DNA of 64,000 nt from Lingula anatina (lineage: Eukaryota; Animalia; Brachiopoda), in the NCBI GenBank assembly GCA_051362555.1, contig CM120641.1, forward strand, positions 8,246,001 through 8,310,000. The letters are read 5' to 3'. This document shows positions 60,708 to 64,000 of the stretch, one piece after another. The stretch's first letter is position 1. The number at the start of each line of letters is the position of its first letter. A program made the position numbers and the translations under genes. Under the pieces are notes generated by a model, which made no database searches, was not told where the DNA came from, and worked only from the letters and a program-made list of their open reading frames with translations.

Positions 60708-61804
60708 CCAAATTGGCGGAAGCAGTAAGTGTTTAAAAGAAATGCATGATCATAATATGAATTTTTGTTACTAGCTAGAACATTACAGTAATTTCTATAA
60801 TATAGATTTAACATATAAAGAGTGCAAAACTATTGATAACAATACTTTTATAAACTTATATAAACTTTTTATAAATATGTCCTGCAGTGTATGAATGAAA
60901 CATTCAAAGGGTAAAATATCCTTGTACTAATCAAAATCTTATTTCAAAATATTGTCTACAAAATATTGATAAAATAATAAGATAAAAATTGGATTTTCTT
61001 CTCTTTAGAGCATATTCTCCTATTTAAATAAGTGAAAAATTATTGAATTTTGAATAGTATTTTCAAAAGTTGGAACTTAACAGCATATGATTGAGGGGTA
61101 GATTTTTTAAATACACTAAAGCACTATTTGTTCCCATTCCTGATTTTGTGTATAATCTTAATTTCAAGGCTCCTGCCAGTATGAAATCTGTGCTGCAGGC
61201 AGGCTGGCTACTGACTGTGTCATTTGGCAACCTAATAGTGGTGATTGTGGCAGAATCCAGGCTTTTGCCACAGGTACTGGGTTCCCTCAATAGATTTGCA
61301 ATAACATGGGGAAATTTGAGTAATATGAACATTAATTTCTGAAAATTGTTCAAATTTGTTGGAATTAAGTTATTGAATAAAGTAACTTAGACAAAATTTA
61401 TCACACCAGTATTTATTGTTGTTGAAATGGATAATAGGGATTTTGGCCTAACTTTTTTTTAATTAGGGATTTAAAAACAGAGGAGAGTTACTGGTGAACT
61501 CTGTGACTTCCATTGAATTTTATCCATGCATAAAAAAATCAACAAGCTCTTGTTATCATCACAGGCACCAGAGTTCTTCCTGTTTGCAGCCTTGATGGGC
61601 TTGGACACATTGATCTTTGGCATCATGGCCTGTTTCTACAAGTATGTGACACCCAAGCATGCAGACGAGATTGAAGATGACACGGCTGGCCTAGTGGAGG
61701 ATGAAATTGATGACAGACATGAGGATATCCCTTTGAATGGCCGCCTGACCAACACCAAGTCTTATACAGACCAGGGTGAAGGACAAAACAATGAAAAGCA
61801 GTAA
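47249..61804 (+). CDS. SLC15A1/2: Proton-coupled oligopeptide transporter (POT/PTR2 family, PEPT1/PEPT2 type), 21 predicted coding exons, about 763 aa
   Basis: Family motifs [10 protein letters not shown] (ExxERFxYY), [68 protein letters not shown]...[23 protein letters not shown], plus a large extracellular domain. Exons: 47249-47309, 47880-47953, 48431-48524, 48857-48998, 49267-49344, 49851-49950, 50217-50307, 50823-50903, 51252-51334, 51665-51748, 51922-52053, 52371-52409, 52830-52918, 55840-55921, 58374-58490, 58743-58948, 59385-59519, 59806-59932, 60482-60613, 61169-61273, 61565-61804 (sum 2292 nt, in frame). The first two exons rest on splice phase only. Confidence 0.93.
47968..48031. 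repeat. (TA)n(CA)n microsatellite
   Basis: About 27 TA units then CA units, 15 bp after a predicted donor. Confidence 0.95.
52090..52282. repeat. (AAAT)n and (TTG)n microsatellites
   Basis: AAAT array about 52106-52162; TTG array about 52241-52282. Confidence 0.9.
52425..52594. mobile_element. Degenerate palindromic Harbinger-like MITE
   Basis: GGCCCCATTCAGAA ... TTCTGAATGAATGCAGCC with TAT on both flanks; inner arms CCAAGGGTCAAACATGACGACCCACT and AGTGGGTTGGTCATATTTGAACCTGG are complementary with mismatches. Confidence 0.6.
53201..55723 (+). mobile_element. Internally deleted TIR DNA transposon (superfamily uncertain, possibly Sola-like)
   Basis: 29-bp TIRs CGGCTATTTCACAATCAGAYGTACACTTT (53201-29 and 55695-723, 1 mismatch), TTT on both flanks, five internal TGTAGCGYCCGTCCC motifs and a decayed basic ORF. 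Confidence 0.85.
54399..55028 (+). pseudogene. Decayed N-terminal portion of a probable transposase
   Basis: One frame from ATG 54399 to TAA 55028 with in-frame stops at 54450 (TGA), 54564 (TAA) and 54624 (TGA). K/R/E-rich helix followed by [16 protein letters not shown]. No DDE core is present. Assignment rests on its position between the TIRs. Confidence 0.6.
56131..58331 (+). mobile_element. HINE family B element with two different tandem arrays
   Basis: 5' perfect hairpin TATGTACAGACACA-ga-TGTGTCTGTACATA (56131-60), (GCCGAT)n microsatellite, 159-bp repeats (56311, 56470, 56629), about 334-346-bp repeats (57097, 57443, 57777, 58111), 3' subTIR TGTCTGTACAT (58299-309), stem-loop GACAGC-ttt-GCTGCC and CTTGTT end. 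Confidence 0.82.
60335..60456. repeat. (TATAT)n microsatellite
   Basis: About 24 pentamer units just upstream of the 60482 exon. Confidence 0.95.
60634..60704. repeat. (TG)n microsatellite
   Basis: About 35 units starting about 20 bp after the 60613 donor. Confidence 0.95.
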
Positions 61805-64000
61805 TGATACTAATCCTAGGCATGTTTGGACTGTGTTAAATTGGTTTTATTTTGTGTGGGTGACACTGACAATGACAAAACTTACTGAAAAGTGGTTTAA
61901 TTTGTGGCAAAGGATTAACTTATGTAGTGTGAACTTAGCTCTTATATGAAATTAAGAGGTGCTTTTGTGGAAGCATTTTTAAAGGGATGACAACTCTTCA
62001 TTTTGGTAGAAAAGTGTCATAAAACAGATTTTCTTCAATGGTTAATGAATCCATTCTAACATTAAATTTTTAAAATGTGGTTTTGGTAATAATTTCTTAA
62101 GAGAATGCCATCTCTTAAGGGATTATTATAGAGGGTAGCCCTCTATGAAGGTCCACATGGTCTAATGGCAAGCACAGATTTCAGATTTGTGATACCTGTC
62201 ATTTTGGTGATAAATGAAAATTATGATATTTCTGTGTGTTGTTTACAATGCATTTATTGTGAAATTTGGAATCTCATATGAAGAGTTGTGATCCTTTCAA
62301 ATACATATATACTCTGGAATCATTATCAGCATCTTTCAGATCTAATTTTCAAAAATGATATTTGGGCACTGGATGGATGATCTTTGTTCATGATCTTTGA
62401 TGTATTTATGTAAGCATTTTTAGGAAAATAATGCAAAGAATTTGAGAATGACATTGATATTGGTGCACTGTGGGTTATGATAGTATTTTTGATTTTGAAA
62501 TACTGGTTTTTAAAAATATTGAGGCACGTAAAATGGACTAAGTATAAATCTAATGGCATAATGCAATTTTTTGGCAGAACTTATTTTCACCAGTCACAAC
62601 AGTGCAATTATTTCAAGTGCTCACATTTTGAATGATATTAAATATTTGTACTTATTTAGTAACTGCAAATAAGACAAGGACACTGAAAGATGGTGTATTG
62701 CCTTTAAATGGTACATTTAACCTCACAACTTGGTGATCTTCTCTGTTCTGGTACTGTTTTAAAAATGGTATTTACTAGATTTCAATGGGGGAAAATTGTG
62801 AAGTTTACAGTTACTGTATTTTTTAAGTCAAAATTTCTTAAAATTAGAACATTCGTATTGAGTGGTAGTAATAAAATTACAAAACGGGCTACTCTTTAAT
62901 TCTAATTTTATGGCTACTATTGAATTCTAATTTTATGCAGTAAGAGCACCACAAATGGTATACAGATGTATAATTTTTGCCCATTGAAAAGATCAAGTAA
63001 TTACCATACACACTTTATACATAGTTTAAGTATCAATAAGGGGTGAAGCCTCAAAATATGGATATTTGGGTGTTGGGTGTACTTATGCCTCACTGGCACC
63101 TCACCCTACCCCCCACCCCAACTCATCCCACCCCACCCAGTTATGTGCCTTAAGTGCTCGCATTTTCCGGAGTTAATCAAAAGCTCCTCTTTAATCTCTA
63201 CTGATGTACTTTGAAAATTATGCTGTGAACTTTTTGCACACTAAAAAGAAAGCACAAATAGCTTTATATATTGTCTTAATTTGTATTGGGATTTTGTTAT
63301 TGTTGTCCCTATAACTTGATGAATACAATTTTCTAAGTTCCAGATAATAATTTTATTTTAACTCAACCATACATCAAATTCAGTATATTTTATTTTCTTA
63401 AACAACAGGCAGTTATATAATTTTTAATCTTTCACTATTTCAGTTTTAACTGAGAGTGTCACAAAACACCCCATACTTCAACTTTTTTTGGTAATATTTT
63501 TGATATTGATTTGTCACTTATATCCAGAATGCACAGATCTTAATACCATTATTATTTACAATATTCAGAAGAAAAAAAAACTAAAAGTTTACCAACTTAC
63601 TATTTTATGCTGTTAATTTATCATTGTTGTGGAAAATTCAACAGGTTGGGTTGGCTATGACTTAAACATTCCATTTAGAAAAATATAATTACACCAATAT
63701 TTCATGTAAAATTACAATAAATTGTTGCTGATTTTATGTTTGCTTGTTACTTGAATTCCAGGGAGCTTCCTATTTTCAAATTCACATTTGTCATTCCTTT
63801 CAGTCTTCTAGTAAAATAGATTAGGGTGCAGCAGTGCCAAATCAAAATTTTGTTAAAGTCCCTAATAACAAGCAATACACTGTACCTGTAGCACTTGTCA
63901 CTTAAAGATTCAAGAGGACTAGAAGTTATTTAGGTTTTTTTTAATGTTTTTTTTTTCTTTTTTGGGGGTCAAACTTTAAAGTTCCAAACTGCAGTCAGTA

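Noticed and set aside
60329-60814. ORFs with YYIIL, VC and HT repeats (also YI repeats at 47839-48184)
   Set aside because: Translations of microsatellites flanking real exons.
62096-62147. Two short hairpins in the SLC15 3' UTR (TTAAGAGA..TCTCTTAA and ATAGAGGG..CCCTCTAT)
   Set aside because: Arms of 8-9 bp with no independent flanking duplication are within chance for AT-rich DNA; no SECIS or IRE consensus.

Overview
AT-rich, CpG-depleted animal genomic DNA with spliced genes. A lophotrochozoan, probably a mollusc, is inferred from the repeat repertoire but not proven. Two + strand genes were reconstructed by eye with phase-consistent GT-AG exons: a 29-exon KIAA2012/DUF4670 orthologue (11852-43065, about 1726 aa) and a 21-exon PEPT1/PEPT2-type oligopeptide transporter (47249-61804, about 763 aa). 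The first 11.5 kb has no recognisable coding exons; a strong minus-strand donor at 11489 suggests it is the first intron of a divergent transcript. Introns and intergenic DNA carry three Helentron-associated (HINE/DINE-like) elements with satellite arrays, an internally deleted TIR DNA transposon, two L2 LINE 3' fragments, several MITEs and microsatellites. There are no prokaryotic features, CRISPR arrays, rRNA or tRNA that I can support, and no clearly new biological system. The most unusual observations are 20-27 bp CAAGG...CCTTG hairpins flanked by 7-bp duplications (possible P-superfamily excision footprints), satellite and higher-order repeat genesis inside HINEs whose 146-bp monomer carries a perfect nuclear-receptor DR1 site, and splicing-regulatory motif clusters around KIAA2012 cassette-like exons. 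All coordinates were read by hand and may be off by a few bases.
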